NCBI RefSeq assembly: GCF_036321535.1
Contig: NC_087447.1
Location: 51,214,001-51,278,000, forward strand
Direction: 5' to 3'
From: Camelus dromedarius
Lineage: Eukaryota
DNA: 64,000 nt
Made by a program: the position numbers and the translations under genes. The notes under the pieces were generated by a model. That model did not search any database, was not told the origin of the DNA, and saw only the letters and a program-made list of their open reading frames with translations. This document shows, one piece after another, positions 13,095 to 26,879 of this stretch. The stretch's first letter is position 1, and each line of letters opens with the position of its first letter.

Positions 13095-14265
13095 CAGACT
13101 TCACAGGTCCAAAATCTGTTCCTTTTGCATTTGTCCCCTTTTTCAATAAATGGCAATTCCACTCTTCCAGCTACTTAAGCCAAAAATCTGACTTGTCTTT
13201 GACTCTGCTTTTTCTATGACCTTTAGATCAACTCCATCAGCAAATCCTACCAACTCTATCTTCAAAATATATCTATAATTCAATCATTTCTCATCACATT
13301 TACTGCTACTACCTTGGTCCAAACAACCAGCAACTTCTACCTGGAACAGTGGTACTCAATATTTGGAGGGTAGGGGGAGAAATTTTGCTCCAAAGGATAA
13401 CTTTGGCAATGTCTAGAGAAATTTTTGTTGAAATAATTGGGGAGGTACTACTGGCATCTAACAGTTAGAGATCAGGAATGCTACTAAACATCCTATAATA
13501 CACAGGACAGCCCATCACAAGAAAAAATTATCTGGTCCAATATGTTAACAGTGTCACCGTGGAGAAACTATGACTTATAGAGTATTGCAATAGACTCTTA
13601 GATCCACTCTTGCCTTCCAGAATGATCCTTTTATAACGTAAATCTCAGATCGAACCAGTCTCTTCTCATAATCTTCCAGTGGCTTCCCAAATCACTCAGT
13701 GTAAAAGCTGAAGTCCCTATGAAGACCTACAAGGCCATACATGATCTTACTTCCATCCTCCTCCTGCACCCCTACTTACCCTGCTACATCTCTGACCTGG
13801 TCTCCTAATTCTTCCTCCTTCACTCAGTTTACTCCAAGCATAATGGCTTCCACCAACAGGCTATGTACACTTCTATGTCTGGGCTTTTGTACCTATGGTC
13901 ATTCTGCCTAAAAACACATTTTCCCCCAAATATCTATATAACTTGTTTCCTAGCTTCCTGTAGGTCTCTACTCAAAGGTCACTTAATCAGAGGTCTTCCC
14001 TGATCACTCTTTAGATGAAACAACAAAAATCTCTCTTCACTCCATCTCAGCACTCTTTATTCTCTTCTATCCTGCTTTATTTGTATCCACAGCACTTATC
14101 ATCAACCAACATATTTATCTGCTTACTGGCTGACTCCTTCCAGTAGAACATATGCCCTACAAACAAAAACTTTTCCTTTATCTCCAGAATTAAGAACTAT
14201 TCCTTGCACACAGTAGGAAACTGACAAGTAATAGCTGAATGAATGAACAAGTGAATGAATAAAGA
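13095..14265 (+). mobile_element. LINE-2 3' fragment interrupted by MER20
   Basis: AAATGGCAATTCCACTCTTCCAG, ATCAGCAAATCCT and CTTCCAGTGGCTTCCC motifs, with a terminal GAATGAATGAA tail. Confidence 0.7.
13347..13572. mobile_element. MER20-like hAT-Charlie MITE
   Basis: CAGTGGTACTCAA...TTTGGCAATGTCTAGAGA...CTACTGGCATCTA...GAGAAACTATG, homologous to 19164-19393. Confidence 0.8.
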
Positions 14266-14721
14266 GAGCTGAATAGACCAGTCAGGAAGAAATCAGAGAG
14301 AACCATAAATACCACAAAAGAAATCTGAATGTAATCTTAGAATTGGCCTAAAGAAGTGATTGCCCAAGAGTAATTATCTTGTCATCATGTCATACAAATG
14401 ACCTTGTGTTCTCTACTAAATAGACAGTAATGAGAAATTCTATTTTGTATTAATATAAGAACATTATAATAATCAGACATGTCCAATAATGAAATGGATA
14501 ATCTTTAAGGTATTAACACCCCAACCAACCTCTCAGCAGGGAGGATGTAGTAACAATATACACTCCTATAATTTTCCCCTCTGCTTATCCTTCTGGACTC
14601 AGTTCCAATGTCACCATCTCTACAAAGAATCCCTCAAACAGAATTAGTCACCCCTAACTTTATAACCCTCAGAGCAGTCTTTCTACTTATCCCAATTTAC
14701 TAAAAGTGTTTGTTAATATAT

Positions 14722-15152
14722 TGCTATGGAACCCCCCACCTCTAAAACTCGTATGTTGAAGATCTAATCCCTCCAGTGACAGTAAGTAATAATGAGAAAC
14801 TTCTAAGAATTCTGGGGGAAGGGTGCTTTAATTATAAAATAAGACACAGGAGAAGCACTAGTTCTCCCTTTCCCCCTTTCTTCTTCCTCAAACATTCTTC
14901 CTGGAACTACAGTAGCCAACTTCTAACTACAAGGTCATAAGCACAACAGTTGAAAGCAAACACTCTAAGGCTACAGAATGGAAAAACAGAAAGAGCCTGG
15001 GTTCCAAATGGTATTGTGAGCATCTGAACTCATGCCAGCAACCATCCACTTCCCTCCAAACTTCTTGTTAAGTGAAGAAAGTTAATCCCTACACTTAAAG
15101 TCATTGTTAGGTTTTCTACCACTTACATTTGAAGACATTCCTAGTTAATACA
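14722..15152 (+). mobile_element. Old MaLR LTR fragments (MLT1-type)
   Basis: TGCTATGGA start and ...CATTCCTAGTTAATACA end; probably composite. Confidence 0.5.
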
Positions 15153-15696
15153 AACAAGACACATACTAGAGAATCAAGAGGAAGAGGAGTCTTACTAGTC
15201 TCAATCCTCTATTCCTTATCAGCCACTGGTCCCTAACCATAAATGAATTCCTCTTATTAGCATAAGATTGGAGATGGTCTAGCAAATTTAAAAGACACAG
15301 AGTAGATATGAAAGGAGAACTGAAGAGTCCCAGAAGTCAGGCAATCACTCTCCCTAATAAGTCCTTACTTTTATAAGATAACAGTATAATCCTGTCTTCT
15401 TCAAAAATAGCTTTCAGGTTGTTTGCACAAATAAAGATAGAGACAGACATACAGACATCTTAGGACAATGGTAGTCATCAATGGGATACAAATCATAAAG
15501 TAGAAGAAAATCACAGCAAGTACCAAAAACCCACATTAAAGGTAGCTATTGCAATTTGTGACCAAATTTTGCTCTGTGCATCCTGAAAGCCAAACCAAAA
15601 TCAAAAAGAAGAGAATGAAGTTCAAAGTACTAACTCTTACTGTCTGATGGAAGAAGTATTTCAGTTCTGTTAAGGGACAACCATTATCAGATAAAA

Positions 15697-15918
15697 CAGG
15701 GGTTAGAAAATTTTTTCTGCAAAATATCAGATAGTAAATATTTTAGGCTTTGCAGGCCATTTCATTGCTGTCTCAACTACTCGACAACTGCGTAGTACAA
15801 AAGCAGCCATAGACAAATATGTAAACAAATGAATATGGCTGTATTCCAATAAAACTTTATTTACAAAAACAGTGAATGGGCCAGATCTGTCCTACAGGCT
15901 ACAGTTTGCTGACCCCTA
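15697..15918. mobile_element. MER58A-like hAT MITE
   Basis: CAGGGGTTAGAAAATTTTTTCTG...AGATAGTAAATATTTTAGGCTTTGCAGGCC...GTTTGCTGACCCCT, with terminal inverted repeats. Confidence 0.82.
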
Positions 15919-16238
15919 AGTCAGAGGATTGTTGGATGTAAGCACCAGACCACTTCTGGCAGTGAGGGAATTTGACCTGAGTGCAACAGCATCAATGCCT
16001 TTTTAGTGCCAGGAACTCAACCTTGCAGGTGATGCTACCAAAGAGAGAAAGTTTTCTCCCCATTACTTTCTCTCTCATGTCATTAAGTCCTAAATCCAAG
16101 TGTGGTGTAGGAGCATGGTATTGATGAAACGTAGGTCACTCACTGCCTATGCTCTGGAAGCAGGGAAGTCTGAGAAGCAAGTATCTAAATTTTTATCTCC
16201 TTTACTGGATAGCAACTTTGCCACCAAGAAGACTCATA

Positions 16239-16680
16239 AAATGGGGGACATATAAAAGACCTAAACAGACATTTTCCCAAAGACATACAGATAGGCAAAA
16301 GGCACATGAAGATGCTCAAATCATTAATCATCAGAGGAATGCAAATTAAAATCATAATGATATATTGCCTCACACCTGTTGGAATGGCTATCCTCAAATA
16401 ACAAATGTTGACAAAGATGTGGAGAGAAGAGAATTCTCGTATACTGTTGGTGGGAATGAAAACTGGTGCAGCCACTGTGGAAAACAGTATGGCAGTTTCT
16501 TAAAAAACTAAAAACAGAACTACCATAGATCAACAACCCCATTCCTGGGTATATATCCGAAAAAAATGGAAACACTAATTCAAAAAGATAATGCTCCCCA
16601 ATTTTCAAAGCAGCATTATTTACAATTGCCCAGATATGGAAGCACCCTAAGTGTCCATCAACAAGATGTGGTATGTGGTA
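16239..16680 (+). mobile_element. LINE-1 ORF2 3' fragment
   Basis: Homologous to 9020-9470 (GAATGCAAATTAAAA, TGTTGGTGGGAATG, AAGTGTCCATCAAC). Confidence 0.85.
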
Positions 16681-18619
16681 TCTCTATAATATATGACAAT
16701 CTCTAACATTTATGCAATTCTTTACAATCAATAAAGCATAGTCATGCCCATCATCCAATTTAATTCTTACATACGATCCTGTGAGATTTCTCCTCACAAG
16801 CAAAGCCCAGTCCCAAAGCCATCTCTCCTGGACCACTACCATCACCAGGGCCACTGCCTCAATGTAATCACACATACACACATTTGCTGTAGCTCTTCTC
16901 ACTCACACAGATAATCTATTACCCATAGTGAAGTGTGAACAGCCTGAGGGAAGGAACCAGGCATAGCACAGTGTACAGCACAGTAAATGCTCAATAACTG
17001 TATGCTGAAAGAAAACAGACTGAAGTGAGTTAGAACAGTCAGCACTTTTGTTTTAATAAAGTAGAAACTTTTCCAAATTCTCCTAAGTCAGGGTATTCTT
17101 GACTCTCAGGACTCTTTTTACCATGTTTCCAAGGATTGGTCAGTATACAAAAGAAGGAGACTCGAACTGGGACTCAGAAGTCCTGGTCCTCAGAACAAGA
17201 CACTTAACTTCTCTGAGCATCAATTTCTTCATTTGTTTTAAGTAGAAACAATCCCAGTGTTTTCCTCTCTGAACACATGGTGAAGATTATTTAAGATAAT
17301 GTGAGTAAAAGTTACTTGAGAAGTGTGAAATGATACAGCAGGCCAGGGACAATGCTTAGGTTGATGACTCCCACTTTTCCCTGACAAAGTCAAAATCAGA
17401 GTATTTCCTAGAAGAAACATATTTATCCTAACAGCTCTAAAAAATCATCTTTACTATCCTCATTTGCAGAATGACTGGAAAATGAGGTAAGAAAACAGAC
17501 ATGAAAGTGCCTTGCATACAGCTAATTTCCTGAGACACTTATTTTCTCTTGATAGACATTTTTTGTCACTAGTTTTACTGACCAAAATAATTGAAACAAG
17601 GAGAGGACATTTTTCTCACCTAATTTAAGTAATTTTGTGGCTTCTTCCCACAAGCTAAAAGGAAAATGAGCAGACCCCAAAATTACAATGAAGAGTAAGA
17701 AAGCTCTAAAGTTATGAACATAGGCACTCAGCATGCGGTACTGAATAAAGAAGCAGGATAAGTAGATACCCCAACTGCCTTCTTCCCCTACAACCTAAAC
17801 CTACTTTCTGTTTCAATCCCTACATCCTGACCACCACATCACCACTGAAATAGGAAGTAGCTGTTTAGGAGAGATTCCTAGTTCTAGGTTGGCAAGGAGT
17901 CTAAGGCTTCCCTGGTCCTCAGTCAACATTTATCCTGTGGTTAGAGGCCACACCAGGACAACACCAGTGGGCAACCAAAGATGAAAAGGAGAAAAGAACT
18001 GCTGTTTAATACTTCCGCAGCAAGGCCATATAGTCCCAACTGTATGATAGGTATATGGCAAGCAGTAAAATGCCTCACAAAGAATTCTAAGACTGAAGAT
18101 AGGAAAAATTAGATCTAGTCCCAAAATTGCTACCAAATTGCTGTCTAATCTTGAATAAATCAATCTGACTCTCAGCTCCCTTTTCAAGTGCCTCCTGATA
18201 CAGAAATTTCACAAATAAAAGTAACTACTGCACACAAGGCACTGTGCTGACATAGTGTGGTGAACAAAACAGAGTCTGTTTATAAAGAAGTCTGTATTTA
18301 TGGAGCTTACAGGATAGAACACTCAGAAGTCAGGTATTAAAAAAATAAGCAAGCCAATTATAACATAATTACAACTTGTGATACATAGCCAGTGTCAATC
18401 AGGAAGTAAGAAGTGGGTAGGAGAGCACATATGCAGAAGAAAACCTCACCAACAAACTTCAGATTAAAAATCAGTAGGAGCTCCTCTCAGCTCTCCCTCC
18501 ATCCTAAACAGGGGCTCAGTATTTCTTTGCCACACATTGTCACCTGACTGCCTGCTGCTTTGTGTAGCTGGAAGCATCATGGTCAACCATAAAAAGCATA
18601 AAACATACACATAATAAAT

Positions 18620-19120
18620 AACAGCCAGTTCCACCAGTTTCTGCCCCTTTATCTGAGTCTCAGTGACTTCAGCTATTTAATGGTGGTAATTCTATCTATT
18701 TCAGAATAATGTTCTGAAGATAAAATAGGAAAAAGTATTCTAGAACCTAATCTATTCCAGTGTGCCGCCAGTGCTCAGCACAGAGTTAGACACAGTACAG
18801 ATTCCCCATTTGTAAAACTGCAGTAACATCTGTGCCCATTTCAAAGAGTGACTGTGAGGGTTAAATGAGCTAATATATAGGTAAGGTATTTAGTAGAGTC
18901 CGTGACACATAGTAATTCATAAAAACATTAGCTGCTATTAATTCACTTAACCTTTTCCCCTCAGTTTACTCATTTGTAAGAGGGACAATATTAGTACCTA
19001 CCACATAGGATTATTATGGCAATTAACTGAGCTAATATATTTAAAGCCTTAGAAGAGTGTCTGGTATATAGTAAGTGCTATATAAGTATGGGATGATGAT
19101 GATGATGGTGATGATGATTA
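18620..19120. mobile_element. Cluster of MIR fragments (representative; dozens more occur across the window)
   Basis: MIR core motifs CTCAGTTTACTCATTTGTAA, GTGAGGGTTAAATGAG and TAGTAAGTGCT. Others lie near 20330-20530, 25650-26230, 36000-36410, 41450-41640 and 57710-57870. Confidence 0.7.
19092..19118. repeat. (GAT)n microsatellite
   Basis: GATGATGATGATGATGGTGATGATGAT. Confidence 0.85.
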
Positions 19121-19163
19121 AATTTATCTTTTAGCTGTTCCTACAAGTTGCACATATATAGAC

Positions 19164-19393
19164 CAGCTGGTTCTCAATCAGGGCTGATTTTATTCCCTAG
19201 GGGACATCTGGCAATGTCTAGAGACATTTTTGATTGTCACAACTGGAGGGGGAGTAGAAGATGCTACTGGCATCTAGTGGGTAGGGGAAAAGGATGCTGC
19301 TAAATATCTTACAATATACAGAACAGCCTACTAGCCCCCAACATAAAATTATATGACCTAAAATATCAATAGTCTCAAGGTTGAGAAACTCCA
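19164..19393. mobile_element. MER20-like hAT-Charlie MITE
   Basis: Termini CAGCTGGTTCTCAA and TTGAGAAACTCC, with flanking (A/G)TATAGAC direct repeats at 19156-19163 and 19394-19401. Confidence 0.85.
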
Positions 19394-20707
19394 GTATAGA
19401 CCAAATAAATCAAACAGAAATTTTCTCTTCCTCCTCCTCTAAACTCCTGGAGTATTTTACTTGGATCCTTCTTCTAGACTTCATTAAACAGGTATAAAAG
19501 TTTTAGACCTGAAACAGGTTTTAGAGAGCTCCTTACTTTACCAATGCGCAAGTAGCTTACAAATGAACAGAGATTCAATAGGAGGTCCAGAACTGGAACC
19601 CAAACTTCCTGACTCCCAGACTGATGGTCCTTCCACAAGCTAAGTCAGATACCTTGCAAGCACTTCCTCTTTCCCTTCCCCACTCCCTCTACCCAAATCC
19701 CTCTTTTCTCCCCTCCTCCTCCCCAGGTTTGGAAACAGAATCTATTTCTTTTCTAGCACCATGAGAAGACAGAGAAGTGCTGACCACTCTCCCCACCTTT
19801 CTGTTACCTTCCTTCTCAAGGACCTACCCTATCAAGCTCCAGCCTGCACTTTGGATGAGAGGCTAAAATCTCTTCCTATTTACCTGTCCTGGGTCGTTTT
19901 TTGCAGGGGCCAAGCTGAAGCTGCTTTGGTCACTGCTCTCTCCCGAGGTTAGGCAGATGTTCTGCCTGAAAGTCTAACTTGAGTCAGAAACCTTAGATAA
20001 ATCTCCTTTACCCTGTCTGTGGGAATGAACTGACCTCTTGGAGGAGACAAAGGCAAGTTGTAACAGCTTACACTGGACTTTCTCCCCACGAAGTGGTTCT
20101 AAAGAGAAAAAAAGACTGTGGGTATCTTGGTAAGGAAAACATGGAGAAAGGAAACGTAAGAGAAAAAGACACTAAGGACTGTAACAGAGTACTCAGCTAC
20201 ACGCAGGACTTCACAAACATTTCCTATATCTAATTCTTACCAGCACTTCAAGGAAAAATGCCTGCCTTCTCAAAAAAGCCTCCCATTACCACTTCAGTCC
20301 GTGAAAATATTAAGCAAGCACTCATTATATGCCAGCCACTATAGTAATTTTATCTCATTTAATCTTCAGAACCTGAGGTAATTATTATCCCCATTTAAGA
20401 GATGAAGAAAACGCAGATAGGAGAGGTTAAGTAACTTGCTATTGCCTTAGTCAGTAAGTAGCAGAGCAACAATTTACCCCTAGATATTTCAGACACCATA
20501 AAACTAAACCCTCAACTATTTTACTAAACTGTTTCTCAAGACAATTTTCTCTTTCTTTGAACCTATATTGCATTTACTAACTGTATCATATATTAAGCAA
20601 TTAATTTCAGGCTACCTTTTCTTAGTTACGTGTGCATCAGATTTGTTCCAGGCTCTGTGCTAGGTCCTGTGAATAAAAGATATAAATAGCAGTCTATTCC
20701 CTAAAGC

Positions 20708-20994
20708 AGAGTTTTTCAAACTGTTTGACTACAACCTACAACAAAAATACAATTCACACGGAGACCCAGGACACACACGCACACACATGCACATGTGCAC
20801 ATAGACACACCTATAAATATAAAATTGAGACAAAAATTTCAAAAGACAATTCTTATTCTTCCCTATGCAGTATTTTCTATTGTTTCTGATGTATTATATT
20901 CGACTTTTTAAAACTTTTTTAAAAAGCTGCTCTAGGATACTATATTAAATTCACAATCCATGGGTTATGACTTAGTGCTTAATAAAAAACATTG
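20708..20994. mobile_element. Diverged hAT-Charlie-like element with internal (CA)n
   Basis: CAGAGTTTTTCAAACTG and AAAAACATTG termini; subfamily not assigned. Confidence 0.45.
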
Positions 20995-23900
20995 CCCTTG
21001 AAAGTTCCTAGATTAAACGGAGAAATAAGACATGAGTAACAATAAAAATAATTACAGTAACAGGAGCCAAAACTTCAGGAACCCTTCTTGTGTGACAACT
21101 CTGATAAGCACTTTACATGAATTATAGGAACCAAGATCCCACATAGGTTTGCTTGTTTGAAGCCAATGTTAATATTCTTTTCACCACATCATATTGCCTA
21201 TGCAGCATGCAAAGTTCTATAATGAGGAATATTTCCATGAAGGAAGGGGGTCAGGGGAAGGAACAGTTTGGAAGCTTCACAAAATAAAGATTTCTGAGTT
21301 GTGCCCTGAAGTTGAAATTTTCAAGAATTTCGTGCATGAGCTCCAATAGGTGCTTTATAAATATTTGTGGATGGAACCCTTCTACCTTCTCTTACGATGT
21401 TGAAAAATGGCATATTTTTAGATGGAAATCCATGTAATTTTTAGCTGATGCTGCCTCTCCCAATAGAAATCTCAAGGTGCACAGCCACATGGCACTTAAA
21501 AAAAGTTTTAGAGTTTGGTAACAGCTTCTCTAGAAGAGCTGAAAAAGACATCCAGGACTGGCTACCAAGAGACCAGGGTCCTAATCCCAGTTCTGTTATA
21601 GAATTTCTGTGTGTGACTTTGGGCAAATGTCTTTACCTCTCTGGGACTCAGTTACTAATCTATAAAATGATGATGAAAACAGACCATAAGACCAACAAAT
21701 TTCTTTCTAGTACTAATAAATTCTAATAACAATAAATTCTAATGATGCTAGTACTAATAATTTCAGGAAGTCCATGAAAAAGAATAAAAAATTTTAATAA
21801 GAACCATTCACCCACAAAGACACAAGAATAAATTTGAAGCTCCAGAACTGAGCTCCTGGGTCTCTGTCGTGCCTGATCCCCTTAGCTGGAGATGGAAAGG
21901 AAGATGTACACTCAATGGCCAGACATGCACCATTTCTTCTGCCTGAGCCTAAACTTCCCCATGTGAGAGGCAAGTGAAGTCACAGAGAAGTAGATTTCAG
22001 TTTTAAGGACCAAAATATCAAATCATGAGAATAACTGTCTCTAGCAGTAGACAGCTCTCCATCATGAAAGTATGCAAGCAGATAGTGGAGAAATACTTAA
22101 GAGGAATTTTGCAAAAGGAAGTTAAACAGGGGGTAAATGTGTTAGATGCCCTCTAAGAGAAATTTCAGTCTTAAAATTCTACTATTCTCTTTTCACACAA
22201 CAACAGAAAGAGTAGCACTTAGCAGATTCTGGAGGGCAAAAAAATACCCAAGGACTTTTATTTTCCATTCTCCTTCCCTCTTTCTGTGTTTCCATCCCAG
22301 CACACGACCTCATTTACTCCCAGGGACATCATGGCTATAATTTCCTCCTCTTTTCAAGATTTGTTTTTAGTTTATGAAGAAGAAAGGAGGGGTTAAATTG
22401 TCAAGGAAAGACCCACCAGGAATATCTACATGGGCCCAGGTCCACCCCAAGGGATACTTCTCAGGAGAGTAGGAAGTTGTAAGATTGGCTCTACCTAGCA
22501 ATATGCAAACTCAAAGCAGCCACTGGTTTCTCAGGGCACACATATTAATGGCACTCAAACCATGAAGTTAGGAACCTAGTGTGAATAACTGATCTAGCCC
22601 CCGGCACCCAGACTAGTCTGATACTCCCATGATTGGAGAATCAGGTGTTATAAACTGAGTCCCTGATGCTATCACTGGGTGATCTTGAGCCATTCGTGGC
22701 TTCACTCTGAACCCAAACAATTCCAATTATAAAATGTACTAACTGTAAAATGAATATATAAGATGATCTGTAAAATTTCTTCCAGTATTGATTTTGTTAT
22801 TCTAACAGAAAATAGTATTTTTATAAATTAATTAGCATCTATCCTAAATTCTCAAAGAGATAAGTACAAAAATAATAACAAAGACTCAGCAATTAGTAAG
22901 TACACATTATAGGGCAGATGCAGTACTTTCCATGCTTATCTCCTTTAATCATCTCAGCAACTCTAGTTTACATATGAGGGAACAAACTGAGAAAGGTTAA
23001 GAAACTGTCCACAGTCACACAGGTAAATAGGAGAACTAGAATTTCATTCAAAGCTACGGATTCTAAGTCCAGTTCTTTTCCCACTAAACAATTCATTTCC
23101 AAGCTGCCACTCCAAAAAGAACATTGACCTAAAAAGTAAGAGAGCAGAGAATAGGGAAAAGACAGCTAGAGACCAGCTTCAATCAGCTGGCAAAGATCTG
23201 CTTTCTTCAATGAACAGGAAAATAACAAAGTGTTGGAGTCACCAAAACATAAGAGCCCTTCCAGACACTGGAAGCAAAATTCATCTCAATACCTCCCATG
23301 TCTACCCACTCCATTAGTTTAATCTACAAAAGATTGATGGGTTTGGGGATAAATAAAAGGCCAGGAAAAATTTATTTACATCAAAATAATTCAAAGGAAG
23401 CAGAAGCCAACTTAGAAAACCAGCCCTTCCCACTTGTTGCTGACTCACTCAGCCCCTTTCTGTTCTAGGAAGTGTGTTCCATGACCTCTACCTTTCCAAA
23501 GAAAGCCTTCACTCCTCTAGATCTAGATCCTGATACCCGAAGAAGCTACACCCCTTAGAGATGGGAGATGCAGCCACCAGCAATGAATGCCCACCAATCC
23601 CAACACTGGTTTTAAAAAAAATCTAAAGAGGAAAGGATGAGAAAAAAGTCTAGGTTTCTAGGAGACATCTGGGTCCACTGCTCTGCTAGGGAGCAATGTC
23701 TTACAGAGCAGACGTCATAGGAGACATCTAGGTCCACTGTTCTATATGTAGAAATGTAGACAGGAGGGTACTCCAGCACCCTTGAGGCAAATGCTTACCT
23801 AATGGCATCAGAAAAATCAACCCCTTTCTTAACACAGAGACATCCTTTGAGATTACTCAATCCAATGATTCCAAGATTTTTAAAAAGAATGTCAACCTCT

Positions 23901-24660
23901 TCTTCCAATCAAATCTTACAGAAACATGAATGTTTAAACAGATAAAAAGTAGAAATGCTCTGGCTGAAAAGGAGGTGGGGAAGTTCCACTTCCTCAGCAT
24001 CTTCCCACTTCTCAATCTCACCCTAATATCCTGTGAGGTTACACTTCAAAACTCTGAGACTCTAGATTAACACCTCCATGTTACACTTAAGGAAACTGGG
24101 GTCCAGAAAGAGAAAATGACTTTGTCAAGATCACATAGTCAGTGCTAAAGCTGAAAGTCAAATTCAGATGTATTAACTTAAAGGGCAGTCGATTTCCAAT
24201 ATCATCACATTACTACTTTGGGATGATCACATGAAAATGAATGTGAAAGCATTTTTAAAAGCACTAAGTGTGGAAGCCTGTATAGTTCCCTCACCTAATT
24301 TTCTCCACATGTAAAAGAATCAAAATGCTCAGACTTTCAGGGACAATTTCACCAGGTAGCACCCAATGGCAAAGAGATCCTCTCATGCTACTAAACCCTC
24401 AGTAAAGTATCTGACTATCTGTAAAAACATGCATGATTATATTACCAACTTAGAAAGATTTATAGTAGATAAATGAGACTCAGGAGACTTCTGATGGATT
24501 CCCTGCTCACTGTGTCCTGAGAAACCATCCCTTAATGACATATAGGAATTCTCCTAGAACCCATCATGCCTGAAACATGGAATATAATCAACACCTATGT
24601 ATCAAGGTTAACTCCTTAATAAATGATGTATATAACTTGGCCTCAAAGATTCTCTACAAC

Positions 24661-25185
24661 TGTGGTAGTCAGCCTCCAAGACAGTACCCAATGATCCCTG
24701 CCTCCTGGTATTTGCACCCTTGTGTATCCTTTCCTACTTGGTAGAAGGGTCAGTCTGTGTGATCAAAAGAATAAGTGATTGCAAGTCATTTCTGAAATCA
24801 GATTATAAAAAACACTGCACCTTCTGTTTTGGTTGTTCTTGCCTTTCTCTGATTACCCATTGTGGGGAATTCAGCTGATGTACTACTGTAAGCTGTATGG
24901 AGAGGCCACATGGCAAGGAACTGAAGCCAGTTAACAGCCAGCAAGAAACTGAGGCTGGCCAAAAACCAGATGAGTAAGTGTGGAAGGGGATCCTCTAGGC
25001 CCAGTTGAGCCTCCAGATAATTGCAGCCCTGCATAACAGCTTGACTGTAACCTCACTAGACACTGAGCCAGGACCACTCAGCCTGGCCACGCTAAGATTC
25101 CTCACCCTTAGAAACTACATGAGGAATAAAATAAAAAATAAATTTTATAGGCAATTTATTTACACAGCAATAGATAACTAATACA
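24661..25185 (+). mobile_element. MaLR solo LTR (MLT1E/F-like)
   Basis: TGTGGTAG...GCAATAGATAACTAATACA termini, with 5-bp flanks ACAAC/ACCAC. Confidence 0.85.
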
Positions 25186-26704
25186 ACCACAAAACTAAGG
25201 TTTCCTGGGTTTACATCACAAAGCCCCTGTTATGAAACCAAAAGTCCAACTAAAACAGAACCCAAGGCCTCAAGGGTTGGTGCTTCCCCTGAAACAGTAA
25301 GTGTCTTTATTGCTTACTCATAAGGTGACCAGTTATAAGTCACTTCATCTCTCTTCGCTGAGATTTCCTTATTAAATATATAGGGACATTTTCCTTGCAG
25401 AGTATTATGAGGATTAAATGAGAGTAGTTTGTAAAAGCATCTTTAAAATAGTCTGGAACTATTCAAATTAAAGTTGTTACAAAGACTCTGGAAGGTAACA
25501 CCAAGCCCACTCCCAACAGTAACCAAAAGGAGATGACTCTGCTCCGTGAAGTCAAATGGAAAGACCTCTTCTGTACCATTTATCCAACTGTGTTAAAAGC
25601 ATCCTCTTCTATCAGTGCCTCTCATAATGACAATAAGAAAAAATTACCAGTGCTTGATACTACATGTCAAGCATAGTGTTAAGTGCTTTCACGTTATTTT
25701 CTCATTTAATACTCCATTTAACCTACAGAGAAACTGATATTTGGAGAGGTTAAAATGATTTGGTTAGTAATGGAGCTAGGATTCAAACTCATATCCATGC
25801 AACTCCAAAGACCATGTTCTTTCCAATACACAAATAAGCTGTTCACTACACCAAGGAGCCTGAAAGTATCCAATACAGAAGACAAAGAGGCACAACTTAA
25901 TAAAAGAACTGAAAAAATGAACAAGAATGGAAGAAAAATCACTTTTCAAGTTAATGGTAAAGTAAAAAGACTCTGGAGATGTGGAGTCTGGTCCTGCCTA
26001 GGGCACCAAGGCAGTTTTAATACCTTGGACAAGTTACCTGTCACTGAAAATTTTTAAAACCCTCACATTTGCATAGTGCTTTGGAATCTACAAAGCATTC
26101 TGAAGTACCTGCAATTATTTGACTGTCACAGTAATCCTGGAAGGTAATTTCAATAATCTCCATTCTATAAATGAGAAAACTGAGACTCAAAAAGATTTCC
26201 AGTAACTTGGTTATTAAATAGCTGGTACATGCCAACCTGCCAGAGGTAACATACCTAGATTTCTTTATTCTCAGAGGTGACTCAAAAGTTTAAGGGAATG
26301 CCCAAAGGTCACAGCAAGGACAAGAAACCAGTTTCCTTCTTATCCCCCTAATCCAGTGAGCTACAACTAGATATGCAAACCTGGAGAGCTTTTAAAAAAC
26401 ACATCTGGGCCCCCTAAATAACCCCACCCTCAAAAAAATTTTTTTAAATATATTTGGTCCCAGGTGAGATCTGAGTATCAACATATTTTTAAGCCTTCTA
26501 GGAGTGGCCACTCTCAAGAATTACTGCCCTAACCCCAAGAGTCAGAGGTTAAGAAATGTCATGATCCACCTTCAGTTTCTAATGTGAAATTCTCTGAGTG
26601 AGAATTTTGGTAAATTCACTACATTTCCAAAGCAAAATATCTTCTATTATTATAAATAACTATCCAAATTAAAACAATTTAATTCCTAAAAATTAGAATA
26701 CATT

Positions 26705-26823
26705 TTCAGGGCGGGGAGGTAATTAGGTTTATGTATTTATTTTAAGCAGAGGTACTGGGGACTGAACCCAGGACCTCCTGCATGCTAAGCATGCACTCTA
26801 CCACTTGAGCTATACCCTCCCCC
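26705..26823 (-). mobile_element. tRNA-Ala-derived camelid SINE (Vic-1-like)
   Basis: Minus strand GGGGGAGGGTATAGCTCAAGTGGTAGAGTGCATGCTTAGCATGCAGGAGGTCCTGGGTTCAGTCCCCAGTACCTC, followed by an A-rich linker and AATTACCTCCCC tail shared with the two other copies. Confidence 0.88.
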
Positions 26824-26879
26824 TAAATTCTTATGCACTATGCAATCACATCATTTTTAGCTTGCTTATTGCTGTTCTA

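Noticed and set aside
21707..21764. Interleaved short repeats CTAGTACTAATAA and AATAAATTCTAAT
   Set aside because: AT-rich slippage duplications at a MIR end with no sign of function.
23659..23743. CRISPR-like repeat-spacer-repeat
   Set aside because: Only two repeats, no cas genes, and a mammalian intronic context.
26745..26823. tRNA-Ala(AGC) gene (also at ~39962 and ~59200)
   Set aside because: All three copies are diverged, share a non-tRNA tail, and at least one has a clear TSD, so they are tRNA-derived SINEs.
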